64,000 nt of DNA from assembly GCF_009914755.1 (NCBI RefSeq), contig NC_060947.1; one strand, given 5' to 3'. Position 1 is the first letter of the stretch. Every line of letters begins with the position of its first letter. The notes below the pieces were generated by a model. That model saw nothing but the letters and a program-made list of their open reading frames with translations, did no database searches and was not told the origin of the DNA. This stretch comes from the human T2T-CHM13v2.0 reference genome, Homo sapiens. This document shows positions 61,470 through 64,000 of the stretch, piece by piece. The position numbers were made by a program, and so were the translations under genes.

Positions 61470-63168
61470 TTAAATTTACTACTTAATTTTTTCATTGGCT
61501 TATTGGTCATTCAGGAACATGTTCTTTAATTTCCATGTGTTTGTGTAGCTTAAAATGTTCATCTTGTTTCTGATTTCTAGTTTTATTCCATTGTGGACAG
61601 AAAAGATACATGATATAAATTCTATTTCCTTGAAATTGTTCAGACTTGTTTTGTTGCCTATGGAGCATCATTTGCAGATAATATGATCTTATACCTAGAA
61701 ATACCTAAAGACTCCAACAAAAAATTGTTAGTACTGATAAATGAATTCCATAAAGTTGCAGGATATGAAATCAACATTCAAAAACAGTAACATTTATATA
61801 TGCCAATGTCAGACAAATCAAGAAGGCAATCCCATTTACAATAACTGCAAAAAATGCAAAATACCTAAAAATCAATCTAACTCAAAAATAGAAAGATCAA
61901 TACAAGGAAATTTAAAAACTGATGAAAGGAATTGAAGGGGCACAAAAAATGGAAAGATATACCACACTCATTGATTGACAGAATTGATATTGTTAAAATG
62001 ACAATATTACACAAAGCAACTTACAAATCAATGCAATCCCTACCAAAAATACCAATGACATTCTCCACAGAAAAAGAAAAGACGAATCCTAAAATTTATG
62101 TAGAATAACAAAAGGCCTTGAATAACCAAAGCAATCCTGAGCAAAAAGAACAAAGCCTGAGGCATCACAGTATCTGACTTCAAAACTTACTGTAAAGCAA
62201 TACTAAAAAAACACCACATCATGGTGCTGGCATAAACAGAGATACATAGACTAATGGAACAGAATGGAGAACCCAGATATAAATCCACACATTTACAGAA
62301 AATTCCTCTCCAACAAAGGCAGCAAGAACATACAACAGGGGAAGGAAAGTCTCATTAGTAAATAGTGCTGGGAAAACAGAATAACCCATATGTGGAAGAA
62401 ATAAACTCGTCCCCTATCTCTCATCACACACAATAATAAAATCAAAATGGATTGAAGACTTAAATTTAAGACTTAAAATTATGAAACTACTGGAAGAAAA
62501 CATTGCGGAAATGCTCCATGATACTGGCCTGGGTACAGATGTTTTATATAAGACTCAAAAGCATGGACAACCAAAGTAAAAATTGACAAGTGGATTACAT
62601 CAAGTTCAAAAGCTTCTGCAAAGAAAATGAAACAATCTTCACAAAGTGAAGAGACAACCCACAGAACAGGAGGAAATATTTGCAAAATATCCATACGATA
62701 TGGTTTGGCTGTGTACCCACCCAAATCTCATCTTGAAATGTATTTCCCATAATCCCCATGTGTCGTGGGAGGTAATTGAATTACAGTGGCAGTTACCCTC
62801 ATGCTGTTCTTGTCATAGTGAGTGAGTGAGATCTGATGGTTTTATAAGAGGCTTTCCCCCCCTTTACTTGACACTTCTCTCTTCTGCCAGCATGTGAAGA
62901 AGGACGTGTTTGCTTCCCCATCTGCCATTACTGTACGTTTCCTGAGGCCTCCCCAGCCATGCTGAACTGTGAGTCAATTAAACCTCTTTCCTTTATAAAT
63001 TACAGTCTTAGGCAGTTCTTTATGGCAGTGTGAGAACGGACTAATACAGTACCTTAGTACCAGGAGGTACTAGGGTGCTGCTGTAAGTATACCTGAAAAT
63101 CTGGAAGCAACTTCGGGACTGGATAACAGGCAGAAGGTGGAACAGCTTGGAGGGCTCAGAAGAAGTCA

Positions 63169-63862
<694 letters not shown>

Positions 63863-64000
63863 TCCTAGAGACTTCTTGAATGGCTTGGACCAAAATGCTG
63901 ATGATGATATGGACAATAAAGTCCAGACTGATATGGTCTCAGATGGGGTTGAGAAACTTGGGGGGAACTGGAATAAAGATAATTCTTGCTATGCTTTAGC

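Overview
This is primate, almost certainly hominid/human, genomic DNA: AT-rich and very dense in LINE-1. It is an internal part of the GABA-A receptor alpha-3 subunit gene (GABRA3, Xq28 in human), on the minus strand. Three consecutive coding exons with canonical AG/GT ends and compatible phases are present: 48378-48598 (221 nt), 17373-17455 (83 nt) and 616-759 (144 nt, missed by the ORF track). The introns between them are about 30.9 kb and 16.6 kb. The rest is intronic and mostly nested retroelements: a full-length L1PA2-type element (intact ORF1 and ORF0, dead ORF2), two young truncated L1PAs, many older L1M elements (three L1s show twin-priming inversions), one complete and one partial THE1 MaLR provirus, solo MaLR LTRs, four Alus, L2/MIR relics, a U6 pseudogene and microsatellites. 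I found no new protein-coding system. The most unusual signals are patchwork sharing of non-consensus variants among three neighbouring young L1s (apparent local gene conversion), an L1 inversion primed next to the homologous position of its host L1, an ~0.9 kb unique-looking sequence captured inside an old L1, a 3'-truncated L1 that still has a TSD, and a 13-nt copy of one exon's donor site downstream of the next exon. Repeat subfamily names come from recalled consensus features, not a database search, and boundaries without TSDs are approximate.
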